The notes under the pieces are model-generated. The model ran no database searches. It saw only the letters and a list, made by a program, of their open reading frames with translations, and was not told where the DNA came from. From assembly GCA_965248695.1 (NCBI GenBank), contig CBDFKD010000002.1:4352001-4416000 (forward strand): a DNA stretch of 64,000 nt, in the 5' to 3' direction. The stretch is from Acidobacteriota bacterium (GTDB lineage Bacteria > Acidobacteriota > UBA890 > WLXD01). Made by a program: the position numbers and the translations under genes. Shown piece after piece: positions 1 to 9,976 of the stretch. Each line of letters starts with the position of its first letter. The first letter of the stretch is position 1.

Positions 1-1
1 C

Positions 2-556
2 TGCATGTCGGATAAGTGTGCAATCGAGCGGCGCAACTACCCGCCCGGCCAGCATGGGCGACGACGGCGTCGACGTCCATCGGACTACTCCGCGCAGCTG
101 CGCGAGAAGCAGAAGGTGAAGCGGATCTACGGGGTGCTCGAGCGACAGTTTCGCCGCTACTTCTACGACGCCTCGCGGGAGCGGGGAATCACGGGTGAGA
201 CCCTTCTGGGGTCGCTCGAACGACGACTCGACAATGTCGTCTATCGCATGGGCTTCGGCCTGTCGAGATCGCATGCTCGGCAGTTGGTGAAGCACGGCCA
301 CATCGCGGTCAACAACTCGCGCGTCGACATTCCTTCATACCAGACACAGCAGGGCGACGCGGTTACAGTTCGCGACCGGAGTCGCAGCAACACCGAGATC
401 ATACTGGCGGTCGAGAACGCCAAGGTCGGGAGCCCGGTCGGTTGGATTGAAGTCGACCACGACAAGCTCGCCGGGACCGTGGCGCGATTGCCAATGCGTG
501 AAGATATCGATATCGAGATCCAGGAACAGCTGATCGTCGAGCTCTACTCGAAGTAG
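2..556 (+). CDS. rpsD: 30S ribosomal protein S4 (5' end lies outside the window)
   Basis: Motifs [34 protein letters not shown] and [10 protein letters not shown]; the frame is open to the window edge; upstream of rpoA. Confidence 0.98.
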   Translation, partial: CMSDKCAIERRNYPPGQHGRRRRRRPSDYSAQLREKQKVKRIYGVLERQFRRYFYDASRERGITGETLLGSLERRLDNVVYRMGFGLSRSHARQLVKHGHIAVNNSRVDIPSYQTQQGDAVTVRDRSRSNTEIILAVENAKVGSPVGWIEVDHDKLAGTVARLPMREDIDIEIQEQLIVELYSK

Positions 557-605
557 AGCATTCGGAACAGCTGCGGAAACCGTCGTCTTTCAGGAGGTCC
601 GGGAC

Positions 606-1589
606 ATGCTCTGGACTGGGTTTCAACGACCCAAGCGGCTCGAGGTTGACCTCGATTCGCTAACGGATGGATACGGACAGTTCGTGGCTCAGCCGTTTGA
701 ACGCGGCTTCGCTATCACTGTCGGACATGCAATGCGTCGCGTGCTGCTTTCCTCGGTCGAGGGCGCGGCGATCACGGCGCTCAAGGTGGAAGGCGTGCTG
801 CACGAGTTCAGCTCGCTCGAGGGCGTCATCGAAGACACCACCGATCTGATCTTGAACCTCAAGAGCATCCCGTTCCGGCTCAACGTCGACAAGCCGAAGA
901 CGCTGGTCTTGCGCAAGGACAAGCAAGGCTCGGTCACGGCAGCCGATATCGCGGAAGATCCCGATTTCACCTGCATCGACCCGGACGCACACATCTGCAC
1001 ACTGTCCAAGGGCGGCTCGATCGAACTGCAGATGCGCCTCGCGGGCGGCCGTGGCTACGTACCGGCAGATCGGAATCTCGAAGAGGATATGGGCATCGGA
1101 TGGATTCCGATCGACGCGGTGCACTCACCCGTCCGGCGTGTGAACTACAAGGTCGAGCGTGCTCGGCTGGGACGTTCGACTGACTACGAGCGCCTCGTGC
1201 TCGAGCTGTGGACCAACGGCACTGTGACGCCCGACCGTGCGATTGCCCTGGCGGCGAAGCTCATGCGCGACCACCTGGCGATCTTCGTCGATATCGAAGA
1301 AGAGCCGCAGCATGAGCACCATGAGCCTGACCAGGACCTCACGGCGTTCTACTCGCATCTGAACCGCTCGGTCGACGAGCTCGAGCTGTCCGTGCGTTCG
1401 TACAATTGCCTGAAGAACGCGAGCATTAGAACGATTCGCGATCTCGTGCAGCGTAGCGAACAGGAGATGCTCAAGACGAAGAATTTCGGCAAGAAGTCGC
1501 TTCAGGAGATCAAAGAGGTACTGGCAGAGATGGGCCTGACTCTCGACATGGACCTGTCCGACCTGCCGCCGCCGCCGGACGCCGTCTGA
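606..1589 (+). CDS. rpoA: RNA polymerase alpha subunit
   Basis: [18 protein letters not shown] and alpha-[16 protein letters not shown]...KNFGKKSL; SD AGGAGG upstream. Confidence 0.99.
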   Translation: MLWTGFQRPKRLEVDLDSLTDGYGQFVAQPFERGFAITVGHAMRRVLLSSVEGAAITALKVEGVLHEFSSLEGVIEDTTDLILNLKSIPFRLNVDKPKTLVLRKDKQGSVTAADIAEDPDFTCIDPDAHICTLSKGGSIELQMRLAGGRGYVPADRNLEEDMGIGWIPIDAVHSPVRRVNYKVERARLGRSTDYERLVLELWTNGTVTPDRAIALAAKLMRDHLAIFVDIEEEPQHEHHEPDQDLTAFYSHLNRSVDELELSVRSYNCLKNASIRTIRDLVQRSEQEMLKTKNFGKKSLQEIKEVLAEMGLTLDMDLSDLPPPPDAV

Positions 1590-1614
1590 GCGACAGACGA
1601 CAGAGAGAAGACTG

Positions 1615-2355
1615 ATGCGTCACCGTCAAACCACAGCGACGCTGGGCCGCTCGCCGGCGCATCGTAAGGCCATGCTGCGCAACATGGTCACCGATCTGTT
1701 ACGGCACGAGAAGATACAAACGACGGCGGCCAAGGCGAAGGTGCTCAGGCCGCTGGCGGAGCGCATGATCACTCTCGGGAAGCGCGAGTCGTTGCACGCC
1801 CGGCGTCATGCCGCGCGGGTGATCCGCGACAAGGATGTCCTGCGCAAGCTGTTCGACGACCTGGCACCGCGTTACGCTGAACGGCCCGGCGGCTACACCC
1901 GCATCACCAAGCTGGCGACGCGCCCAGGCGACCGCGCCGACATGGCGGTAATCGAGTTTGTCGAGGCGGAGCTAAAGCAGCGCAAGCGCAAGCGAAAGAA
2001 GAAAACCGGCCCGCGCACCGCGTCGCAGGATACCGTCGCCGCGGTGCCGACGGAGACAGTGGTGGAAAGCGACGACGACGCGGCGGCTGCAGAGCTTGCG
2101 GCCGCCGAGTCCGATGTCGCCGTTGCGGAGAGCCCCGAGTCTGAGCCCGAAGTTGCCGCTGCCGACAGCCTCGAGTCTGAGTCGGAGCCCGAGGTCGCCG
2201 CTGCCGACAGCAGCGAGTCCGACGGCGACGTCTCCGACGACGAGGTCGCCGAGGAGCCCGACAGCGCGGCCGCCGGTGATGTTGACCGCGGAGCTTCGCA
2301 AGATGATGAGGCGAATGCCGACGACTCGTCTGACGATGACGAGAACGAGCGATAG
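1615..2355 (+). CDS. rplQ: 50S ribosomal protein L17 with a long acidic C-terminal tail
   Basis: MRHR...[22 protein letters not shown]; follows rpoA. Confidence 0.97.
   Translation: MRHRQTTATLGRSPAHRKAMLRNMVTDLLRHEKIQTTAAKAKVLRPLAERMITLGKRESLHARRHAARVIRDKDVLRKLFDDLAPRYAERPGGYTRITKLATRPGDRADMAVIEFVEAELKQRKRKRKKKTGPRTASQDTVAAVPTETVVESDDDAAAAELAAAESDVAVAESPESEPEVAAADSLESESEPEVAAADSSESDGDVSDDEVAEEPDSAAAGDVDRGASQDDEANADDSSDDDENER
2137..2211 (+). repeat. Two copies of a 33-bp coding repeat ([11 protein letters not shown]), 42-bp period, in the rplQ tail
   Basis: gagtctgagcccgaagttgccgctgccgacagc (2137-2169) vs gagtcggagcccgaggtcgccgctgccgacagc (2179-2211). Confidence 0.85.
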
Positions 2356-2392
2356 ACTCTAGCCATCGCCTGGCTGTGACCACAGTCAGTGA

Positions 2393-2465
2393 GGGCCGTT
2401 AGCTCAGTTGGGAGAGCGCCGGCCTCGCATGCCGGAGGTCGGGGGTTCGAGCCCCCCACGGTCCA
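2393..2465 (+). tRNA. tRNA-Ala (anticodon CGC); 3' CCA not encoded
   Basis: Cloverleaf: acceptor GGGCCGT/ACGGTCC with the G3:U70 Ala determinant, D arm GCTC/GAGC, anticodon arm CCGGC-CTCGCAT-GCCGG, T arm GGGGG-TTCGAGC-CCCCC; discriminator A followed by CTA. Confidence 0.96.
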
Positions 2466-2469
2466 CTAG

Positions 2470-2497
2470 GAAGCGCCCGTCAACGACGGGCGCTTTC
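2470..2497 (+). terminator. Probable intrinsic terminator after tRNA-Ala
   Basis: aagcgcccgtc-aac-gacgggcgctt stem-loop with a short T tail. Confidence 0.7.
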
Positions 2498-2587
2498 GCG
2501 TTGCAGCTCCGAGCAATCGATGCAACCGTGGCTGTCGGAGACCAGGCAGAGGCCGGCTGCCGCGGCTCAGAAGTCCAGCGCGAAAGT

Positions 2588-2670
2588 CGCGGGCTCCCGT
2601 TGGCCGGGCCCAACCGGCACCTCGGTCGCCGAGCCAGGTGCTGGTTGGGCCCGGCGGACAGGGCCCCGCG
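2588..2670. repeat. Long intergenic hairpin with a 20-bp core stem between tRNA-Ala and the 3' end of acs
   Basis: gccgggcccaaccggcacct (2603-2622) pairs with aggtgctggttgggcccggc (2636-2655), one G-U; outer pair cgcggg/cccgcg. Confidence 0.75.
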
Positions 2671-2747
2671 CCCTTCACGCCAGAGGCTATGGGCGTCTAT
2701 CTACGCGCCTCGTGCGCTGCACCTCGTCATCTGCGGGCCAGGACCGG

Positions 2748-4673
2748 CTAGAAGCCCTGGTCGCTCGGCACGCTGCCCGGATCGAGCGTCGATGTGTCGC
2801 CGACGTCCTCGCCGCGCTCCTGCGCCTTGAGCAGCCGACGCATGATCTTGCCGCTGCGCGTCTTGGGTAGGCTCGACACGAAGTCGATGACTTGCGGTCG
2901 TGCGATCTTGCCGATCTGCTTGCTCACGTGACTGCGGAGCTCCGCGGCGAGGTCGTCACCGGGTGCTAGACCATGCTGCAACAGCACGAACGCTTTTGGC
3001 ACTTCGCCTTTGATCTCGTCCGGCATTCCGATGACCGCGGCCTCGGCGACCGCGGGGTGGGCGACAAGAGAGCTTTCGATCTCCATGGTGCCGAGTCGAT
3101 GGCCGGCGACGTTGAGCACATCGTCCATGCGGCCGAGAACTCGGATGTAGCCGTCTTCGTCCCGAACGGCCGCGTCTCCCGCTGCGTACATCCCCGGAAC
3201 GATCTCCCAGTAGGTCTCTCGATAGCGGTCCGGATCGTTGTAGATCGTCGATAGCATCGAGGGCCATGGCTTGCGAATAACCAGGTACCCGCCCTGGCCG
3301 GGCGCTCTCGAATTGCCCTCGGCGTCGACGACGTCGGCATCGATGCCGGGAAACGGCAGGCCGGCGGATCCCGGCTTCTGGGCCTCGGCTGGCAGGTTGG
3401 TGATGAGAATCGAACCGGTCTCAGTCTGCCACCAGGTGTCGACGATAGGGCAGTTGGCGCCGCCGATCACCCGATGGTACCAACGCCATGCCTCGGGATT
3501 GATGGGCTCGCCGACGGTGCCGAGCAAGCGCAGGCTCGACAGGTCGTGCGCCGCTGGCCACTGTTCGCCAAGTCGCATGAACATCCGCACTGCGGTGGGC
3601 GCAGTGTAAAGGATGTTGATGCCGTAACGCTCGATGAGCCGCCACCATCGGCTGGGGTCGGGATGGTCTGGCGCGCCCTCGGCCATGAAACCGGTGGCGC
3701 CGTTGATCAACGGTCCGTAGACGATGTAACTGTGTCCCGTGACCCATCCGGCGTCGGCAGTGCACCAGTACAGATCCGTGTCGCGCAGATCGAAAACCCA
3801 CTTGGTCGTCTGGTACACACCGACCATGTAGCCGGCATGGCTGTGCACGATGCCCTTCGGCTTGCCAGTCGATCCGGAGGTGTAGAGGACGAAGAGCGGA
3901 TCGGTCGCGTCCATGATCTCGGTGTCGGCGGTCGCGGCGCAGCCGTCGACCGCCTCCGACCACGTCACATCGCGGCCGGGCTGCATGGCAACGTCGGCGC
4001 CCGTGCGCTCGTACACGACAACGTGCTCGATCGATGGACATTGCTGCACGGCCTCGTCCGCCGCCTCTTTGAGCGGGACGATGTTACCCCGGTAGTAGCC
4101 GCCGTCCGCGGTGATCAGCAGCTTGGAGGCGGCGTCGTTGATCCGGTCGCGCAGGCCATCCGCCGAGAAGCCGCCGAACACGACACTGTGAAATGCACCG
4201 ACCTTGGCGCTGGCAAGCATCGCGATCGCCTGCTGGGGACAGATCGGCATGTAGATCGTGATGCAGTCGCCCTTGCCGACGCCGAGGCGCCGCAGGCCGT
4301 TCGCCAGTCGGCTGACCTCGGCGTTGAGCTCAGCGTAGGTAAACACCTGGCGATCGCCGTTCTCTCCTTCCCACAACAGCGCCACCTTGTGGCGGCGCCA
4401 GGTCGAGAGATGGCGGTCGATCGCGTTGTGAACGACGTTGCATTGGGCGCCGGGAAACCAGCGGGCGAAGGGCGGCGTCCAATCGAGCGGCTTGTCCCAG
4501 CGGCGGTACCATTCGAGCTCGTCGGCGACCGCGGTCCAAAAGGCTTCGGGGTCGGCGGCCGCCTGCTGCCGTACCGCCGTCGGGTCCGACACGACGGCGG
4601 CCTCGACGAATTCGTCGGGGGAATCGACCTGCTCCTGATCCTCGAGCACCGAGTCGAGGTCGGTTGGTTCCAT
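2748..4673 (-). CDS. acs: Acetyl-CoA synthetase (acetate--CoA ligase)
   Basis: [47 protein letters not shown]. Confidence 0.97.
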   Translation of the reverse strand: MEPTDLDSVLEDQEQVDSPDEFVEAAVVSDPTAVRQQAAADPEAFWTAVADELEWYRRWDKPLDWTPPFARWFPGAQCNVVHNAIDRHLSTWRRHKVALLWEGENGDRQVFTYAELNAEVSRLANGLRRLGVGKGDCITIYMPICPQQAIAMLASAKVGAFHSVVFGGFSADGLRDRINDAASKLLITADGGYYRGNIVPLKEAADEAVQQCPSIEHVVVYERTGADVAMQPGRDVTWSEAVDGCAATADTEIMDATDPLFVLYTSGSTGKPKGIVHSHAGYMVGVYQTTKWVFDLRDTDLYWCTADAGWVTGHSYIVYGPLINGATGFMAEGAPDHPDPSRWWRLIERYGINILYTAPTAVRMFMRLGEQWPAAHDLSSLRLLGTVGEPINPEAWRWYHRVIGGANCPIVDTWWQTETGSILITNLPAEAQKPGSAGLPFPGIDADVVDAEGNSRAPGQGGYLVIRKPWPSMLSTIYNDPDRYRETYWEIVPGMYAAGDAAVRDEDGYIRVLGRMDDVLNVAGHRLGTMEIESSLVAHPAVAEAAVIGMPDEIKGEVPKAFVLLQHGLAPGDDLAAELRSHVSKQIGKIARPQVIDFVSSLPKTRSGKIMRRLLKAQERGEDVGDTSTLDPGSVPSDQGF

Positions 4674-4721
4674 GCTCGCTCGCGAACGCCGCTACGGTTG
4701 CGTTGCTGAAGGGCTTGTCGG

Positions 4722-5453
4722 TCAGCGCAGGCTACGCGCGTGCGCCAGCAACTCGGCAGCGTCGTCGTCGGCGGCGTCCTGCAACGCAGCCACAACCGCG
4801 TCTATCTGCGCCGCCGATGCGTCCGTCTGGATGCGCCCGAGTGCGCTGAGTGCGTAGGCACGCAGCTCCGCCGTGACAGCGGAGTTCGTCGCCACGCTGG
4901 CAAGTGCGGCGCAAGCATCGTCGTTGGCGATGTCGCTGAGTGTGTCGATAGACGTGCGTGCCACGAGCTCGTCGCCCGCGGCGGCCGTCACTGCCACTGC
5001 TCCGACGGCCAGATCGGCTCCGGTCTCCAGTCGGCTCAACTGCGACAGTGCTGCTACCTGAGCGTCACGAGATCCGTCTGCCAGTGCCTGGGCATAGGCT
5101 CCGGCGGCCGCAGCGTCGTCGAACTGCCGGATAGCGGAGACTGCCGCATCGCGCACGCCGCGCGAGTCGGACATTGCTGCGGTCAATGCCGGTAGCGTCG
5201 AGGCGTCGCCGATGTTGCCGAGCATCTGTGCCGCCCACTCTTTGACCTGATCGCTGTCGTCGTTGGCAAGGGCGTCGACCCAGATCGGCGTTGCTTCCGC
5301 CGACTCGAGGATCTCGATGTTCTCGTTGTAGGTCTGTTGAGCGAGGGGGTCACCGAGCCGGACTTGCTCCACGAGCTGCTGCGATGCGTTTTCCAGCGGT
5401 GTGCCGCAGGCCGCAATCAGCACCGCAAGCACCAAGGGGGATCGTCGAATCAT
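4722..5453 (-). CDS. HEAT/PBS-lyase repeat lipoprotein
   Basis: Signal MIRRSPLVLAVLIAAC (lipobox) after SD AAAGGAG; repeated helical units such as VKEWAAQMLGNIG, VRDAAVSAI, LRAYALSALG. Confidence 0.75.
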   Translation of the reverse strand: MIRRSPLVLAVLIAACGTPLENASQQLVEQVRLGDPLAQQTYNENIEILESAEATPIWVDALANDDSDQVKEWAAQMLGNIGDASTLPALTAAMSDSRGVRDAAVSAIRQFDDAAAAGAYAQALADGSRDAQVAALSQLSRLETGADLAVGAVAVTAAAGDELVARTSIDTLSDIANDDACAALASVATNSAVTAELRAYALSALGRIQTDASAAQIDAVVAALQDAADDDAAELLAHARSLR

Positions 5454-5511
5454 GGTCCTGTGTCTCCTTTCGAGGCCGTACCCGGCAGAAACGGGACTCT
5501 CGGGCGGCATG

Positions 5512-5997
5512 TCAAAACCGCTCCTCCAAGCGTTGTATGACGTAGCTCACGAGGTTGTCCACCGAGCGTCCCGACACGCGCCAACCATCGGCAGTGCGGC
5601 GCAAGTGCACCGTGCGCGTTCGACTGAGCCCCTCGGCGTCATGCATCGTTACTTCCACCGAAGCTCGCCCGCCATCGATCGTTGCCGGCGTCGCGTCGTA
5701 TGCAAGGCCTTCCTCGCGTGGTGTCTCCTGGAAAAGCCCCCACAGCATTGTTTCGACCGAGCTTCTTAGGAAGGTACTGGAGTCCCCCTCCGTGAGTACG
5801 AGCGTCAAGTCCTCCTCCACGCGCCCGACGATCTCGTCCAGATCGAGCGTTGCGACCGCGTCGTCCGAGTCCGCTTGGCGCGTCGCCCGCATGTACTCGA
5901 TGGCGACGATCTCGGGGTCGGTCGACGTGCAAGCAAGCATCAGTAGGCTGGCCGCAATGGCTACCGCCCGACGGACGATGGGTCCGCAGAAGGACAT
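5512..5997 (-). CDS. Hypothetical lipoprotein (possibly NTF2/DUF4878-like)
   Basis: Lipobox LMLAC, then DPEIVAIEY...ASVEV...VHLRRTADGWRV; stop abuts the next gene; start uncertain. Confidence 0.65.
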   Translation of the reverse strand: MSFCGPIVRRAVAIAASLLMLACTSTDPEIVAIEYMRATRQADSDDAVATLDLDEIVGRVEEDLTLVLTEGDSSTFLRSSVETMLWGLFQETPREEGLAYDATPATIDGGRASVEVTMHDAEGLSRTRTVHLRRTADGWRVSGRSVDNLVSYVIQRLEERF

Positions 5998-6069
5998 GAA
6001 AGGCGCCGTGGGAGTATGGAAGCCGAGGGCCAAACTACAGGCCGAAACTATGGCCGAGGGTGTGTGTTG

Positions 6070-7638
6070 TCAAGGTCGGACGGGGCGCGAGTAGATCACC
6101 CGGCCGTCGACAAGCACGACCATGGCGCGTGTGTTGGAAAGCTCTGCGTCGTCGTCGAACGGATCATCAGACCAGATCACCAGGTCGGCCTTAGCGCCGA
6201 CCGTGAGCCCGGACGTCCCGAGCATACGAGCAGCGATTGCGACCCGGAGCGAGTCACGAACCGACAGCCGCTGCGGAGCGTTCCAGCCGTCGAGCGGGTA
6301 GCCCTGGAGGTCCTGGCGCCGGTTCATGATCCAGAGTGCTCCCATCGGGTCGAGGGGGAAGGAAGGCGCGCGGCTCGCTAGAGCCACCAGCTTTCCCGCC
6401 CGGGCCAGATCGCGATAGGCGTGAGCCGCGGCGGTCCGTTGTGCCCCGATGCGTTCCGCCAGCCAGTACATGTCGTGAGCCATCCGATGCGGCACGATCG
6501 CTACCTGTCGGGCGTCGAGATCGCCGAGAGGGGGGAGGATATCGGCCCCGACCACCAGACCATTGGCGGCAGCCGCGCAGGCCCCTACGGCCATGAGTGC
6601 GGCGTCTCCGCGGAGATGGGTATCGAGCGGTAGACCAAGATCGGTGGCTCGATCGCAAGCCAGGCTCAGCGCGGCAGTGGGCGCTGGGGGCCGCACCTGC
6701 GGAGTATCTGCGTACGGCGAGGAGATTGCCGCCAGACGCAGGCCCAGCGGGCCGTCGATCTCGAGGCCGATGGCGGTGAGCTGAAGGGAATCGTCCGTTT
6801 CCGGCGGCTCGGGGAGAGTCGCTGTCGGACGCAGACGAGCCCGAACTCGGATCGGTAGATCTCCCGCCTCGGCTAGCTCGGCGAGATGGCCGAACGCTGT
6901 CGCGTCGAGCGGAGCGGTCGAAACCGACGTAAAGCCGGCCGCGGCGGCGGATTGCAATCCGCTCGTGAGCCAGCCGCGGCGTTGGTCGGCGGAGGCGACC
7001 GGAATCGCCGCTTCGGCTCGTTGCAGCGCTGCGTCGGTCAACAGGCCTGTTCGATTTCCGGCGGGGTCGCGAAGCACCTCGTCGGCGGTATCGGTGGCCT
7101 CGAGCGCCGTTCGGTTGAGCCAGGCGATTCGACCGATGCGGCGGTACAGGAGCACGGGGCGTGCGTCGATGATGGCGTCCAGCAGGTCGGGGCCGGGGAT
7201 TTCGCCGCTCGGCCACATGGCCTCGTCCCACCCCCATCCGATGGTCCAGCCTGATCTGTCGGCGGCAGCGGTCCGCAGCCGCGTCTGTAACTCGCGCGAT
7301 GTCGCCGCCAGGCTGATGTCCAGCATGTCGAGGCGACGGCCGACGGCTTCGAGATCCACCCAAGCGTCGTGGAATCCGGGCAGCACGGTTGCCCCGCCGA
7401 GGTTCATCTCCTGGGTGTAGTCGGTCGTCAGCGCCCGGACCTGTTCGTCGGTGCCCACGGCGACGATCCGGTCGCCGGTGATCGCCAGCGCCGCCAGCGA
7501 CTCGGTTGCCTCCGCCGACGGGTAGATGTGACCCCCGGTAAGGATCAGATCAGGGCCCGGATCCACGGGCGCACCGCAGGCACTAGCGACCAGCGTGACG
7601 AGTGGTATTGCTCCGCTCAGCGATGGTCTTCGTGGCAT
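6070..7638 (-). CDS. Amidohydrolase_3 (YtcJ-like) family lipoprotein with degenerate metal ligands
   Basis: Lipobox VASAC; DLILTGGHIY, ALAITGDRIVAVG, LGGATVLPGFHD, GWGWDE, GAKADLVIWSDDP. Confidence 0.8.
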   Translation of the reverse strand: MPRRPSLSGAIPLVTLVASACGAPVDPGPDLILTGGHIYPSAEATESLAALAITGDRIVAVGTDEQVRALTTDYTQEMNLGGATVLPGFHDAWVDLEAVGRRLDMLDISLAATSRELQTRLRTAAADRSGWTIGWGWDEAMWPSGEIPGPDLLDAIIDARPVLLYRRIGRIAWLNRTALEATDTADEVLRDPAGNRTGLLTDAALQRAEAAIPVASADQRRGWLTSGLQSAAAAGFTSVSTAPLDATAFGHLAELAEAGDLPIRVRARLRPTATLPEPPETDDSLQLTAIGLEIDGPLGLRLAAISSPYADTPQVRPPAPTAALSLACDRATDLGLPLDTHLRGDAALMAVGACAAAANGLVVGADILPPLGDLDARQVAIVPHRMAHDMYWLAERIGAQRTAAAHAYRDLARAGKLVALASRAPSFPLDPMGALWIMNRRQDLQGYPLDGWNAPQRLSVRDSLRVAIAARMLGTSGLTVGAKADLVIWSDDPFDDDAELSNTRAMVVLVDGRVIYSRPVRP

Positions 7639-7779
7639 CTGTTCCCTCTGTGGCACCTTACTCCGATCGGTAGCCCGTGTGGGGCCGGCCGCCAACCGCC
7701 ACCGGTAACGCCACGCGCGAAGGCTGCCTCGGCGGGCCCAGTTTGACAGCCGCTTGGCGCCGCCTCTAGCCTGGCACGC

Positions 7780-9960
7780 ATGGCCTCAACCAGCCACATC
7801 TTCGTGCCGTGCCCGGGCGTCTGGCAACGCCGGTCCGTTATCGGCGTGATCGTCTGCATGCTGCCGACACTCGTGACGGCGCAGCAAACCGAGGGTCTCA
7901 ACGAGGAGCCGAGCATCGACTGGCCCGGCGCGACGGTCAACACGCTGAGGACGTTCTTCGAGCGTGTCGACGTCGAAGCGGTGCTGGTGGGACTGACAGC
8001 GCCACGCGCCCGGACCGCCGGTGGAGATCTCGAGACGCTGGACACGGTGCTCGCCCCTGGTCTCGAGGCGCCGTTTCGCTTCGTTCAACGGCGAGTGCGG
8101 CACGAGCCGTATGCAGGCAATGTGCGCGGCGCGCGTGGCGCCCTGCTCGCGGGGAGCGCCAATGCTCTCGACCAGTCGCTCCTCCTGGCGACCCTCTATA
8201 GGGCACGCGGCACACCGATCCGACTGATTCGTGGCCGGCTGGGCTGGCGTGATGCGGTTGCCCTGGTTGGCGAGCCGCCAGCCGAACCGGCGGGTCGCGG
8301 AGATCCGTGGCTGCGATGGGTCGAGATCGCCTCGGACCACTGGTGGGTGGAAGCCCGGCAGAGCGACCGCTGGATCGCTCTGGATCCGTCGTTCGCGAGC
8401 ACCGCCGTCGGTGAAACGGTGGGCACCAACGGCGAGGTCGTCGATACCCTGCCGCGTTCGCTGCGGGCGTTCGCCACGCTTCGGTTGCAGCTGGCGCGCG
8501 AGACGCTCGCGGAGCTGGACGTGCCTCTGTCGTCGTTGATCGGTTCCAGCGTTCGTGTCGATCGCCAATTCGATATCGGCGAGCAGGAAGCCGAGGCCGC
8601 CGAAGAGCTGGACGGGGCGCCTGTCGAGGATCCCGATGCTGCCGGCGATGACAACCTCGAGGAGGAGCCGCCCGATGCTGCGGCGCTGGCTGAGGCCCGG
8701 CTTGCCGTTGCGCTCGCCGACGTGATCACCCCCGTGCCGGTCGGATCTGTGGCGCTCAGGCTGCGAGCAGCTGGCCAGATCGGCACGACCCCTCTCCTCG
8801 AGCTTGCGGATCTCGCGCGGGTCGAGCTCGAGATCGATGTCGACGTGCCCATGGGCTCGGGTATACAGACTCGAATTCCGGTCGGCGCCGACCCCCATGC
8901 GCACCTGTCGGTGGTGTTCGCGTCTGGCCCGATGCCGCGAGCCCATCTGCAGGATCGAGTGATTCCATTGTTCGACTCATTGAGCGCACTCTCGGCGGTT
9001 GAGCTCGCGGCTCTGGAGGCGTGGACAGCGCGGCCGCGGCCGCGGCCGCGTCCAGTGGGGCCGGTGGGACCGGTCCTGGAGCTCGAACCACCTGGTGCGA
9101 GAATCGAGGCCGGCGATCCTGAGCATCCCGTCACGGCACTGCACGTCGCTGTGCTACGTGCCTGGCGGACGCTCCAGGAGGCCGGATTGGACGCCATTGC
9201 AGTGGCTCTCTTGATGGTCGGGGACGCCCTGCAACCGCCGCCACCGACCTATCGTGGATCGCTCCGCATGGCCGCCGTGCAGTGGACGCCGCCGGTTGCC
9301 GAGGCGGAGGGATGGTTGACCGTCTGGATGACTGACCCCTTGCGACTCGGCGGCCGGCAGCCCGCCCAGAGGTCCGGTTTGGCCTCTGCTTACGGACTAC
9401 TGCGCTCGGCCTTGACGGGGCAGGTCTTGCACCGCGTTGCGGATCGACCGCCGGTAACCGCGTTCGACGTTACGTTGCGCGCCGTCGGCACCGGCGGTCG
9501 GTTGCAGTGGTGGCGTGCTGACGATGATCTGCCGAGTCAGTGGCCGGCCGCTGCGCAGGCGGCGGCGCAGGTTGATCTCGGCAAAGGGCGCCTGCTCGCG
9601 GGTCTCGCCCGGCCCGTCGAGCAAGGCGGAGAGACCCTGCACGGTTGGTGGGGGGTCTTTGATCAGAGCGGTCAGACGCTCGGTCGAGTGCTGACGCCAT
9701 CGGGCATCGCACAGGGCTTCGTGCGTTTCGCGCGTCCACGCGATGACATGTCGCTGGAATCCGTCTTGGCGACCCTTCACGATCTCCATGCAGCGTTGCG
9801 CTGGCTGATCGGGGCGGCGAGCGACGACGGACAGGAGCTCGATGGGCTGCTTCCGGGGGCTTGTGCGGCAACACCACTGGTGTTCGATCTACTGCGCGCC
9901 GGGGCACCGGCCGGAACCGTGGCTCCGACGTTCGAGGTTTTCTGCACCGCGCTGCCTTGA
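7780..9960 (+). CDS. Exported hypothetical protein with an N-terminal transglutaminase-like domain
   Basis: Signal-like N-terminus; EPYAGNVRGARGALLAGSANALDQSLLL and DHWWVE...WIALDPSF. Confidence 0.65.
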   Translation: MASTSHIFVPCPGVWQRRSVIGVIVCMLPTLVTAQQTEGLNEEPSIDWPGATVNTLRTFFERVDVEAVLVGLTAPRARTAGGDLETLDTVLAPGLEAPFRFVQRRVRHEPYAGNVRGARGALLAGSANALDQSLLLATLYRARGTPIRLIRGRLGWRDAVALVGEPPAEPAGRGDPWLRWVEIASDHWWVEARQSDRWIALDPSFASTAVGETVGTNGEVVDTLPRSLRAFATLRLQLARETLAELDVPLSSLIGSSVRVDRQFDIGEQEAEAAEELDGAPVEDPDAAGDDNLEEEPPDAAALAEARLAVALADVITPVPVGSVALRLRAAGQIGTTPLLELADLARVELEIDVDVPMGSGIQTRIPVGADPHAHLSVVFASGPMPRAHLQDRVIPLFDSLSALSAVELAALEAWTARPRPRPRPVGPVGPVLELEPPGARIEAGDPEHPVTALHVAVLRAWRTLQEAGLDAIAVALLMVGDALQPPPPTYRGSLRMAAVQWTPPVAEAEGWLTVWMTDPLRLGGRQPAQRSGLASAYGLLRSALTGQVLHRVADRPPVTAFDVTLRAVGTGGRLQWWRADDDLPSQWPAAAQAAAQVDLGKGRLLAGLARPVEQGGETLHGWWGVFDQSGQTLGRVLTPSGIAQGFVRFARPRDDMSLESVLATLHDLHAALRWLIGAASDDGQELDGLLPGACAATPLVFDLLRAGAPAGTVAPTFEVFCTALP

Positions 9961-9976
9961 GCCGGTTTGCAGAACA

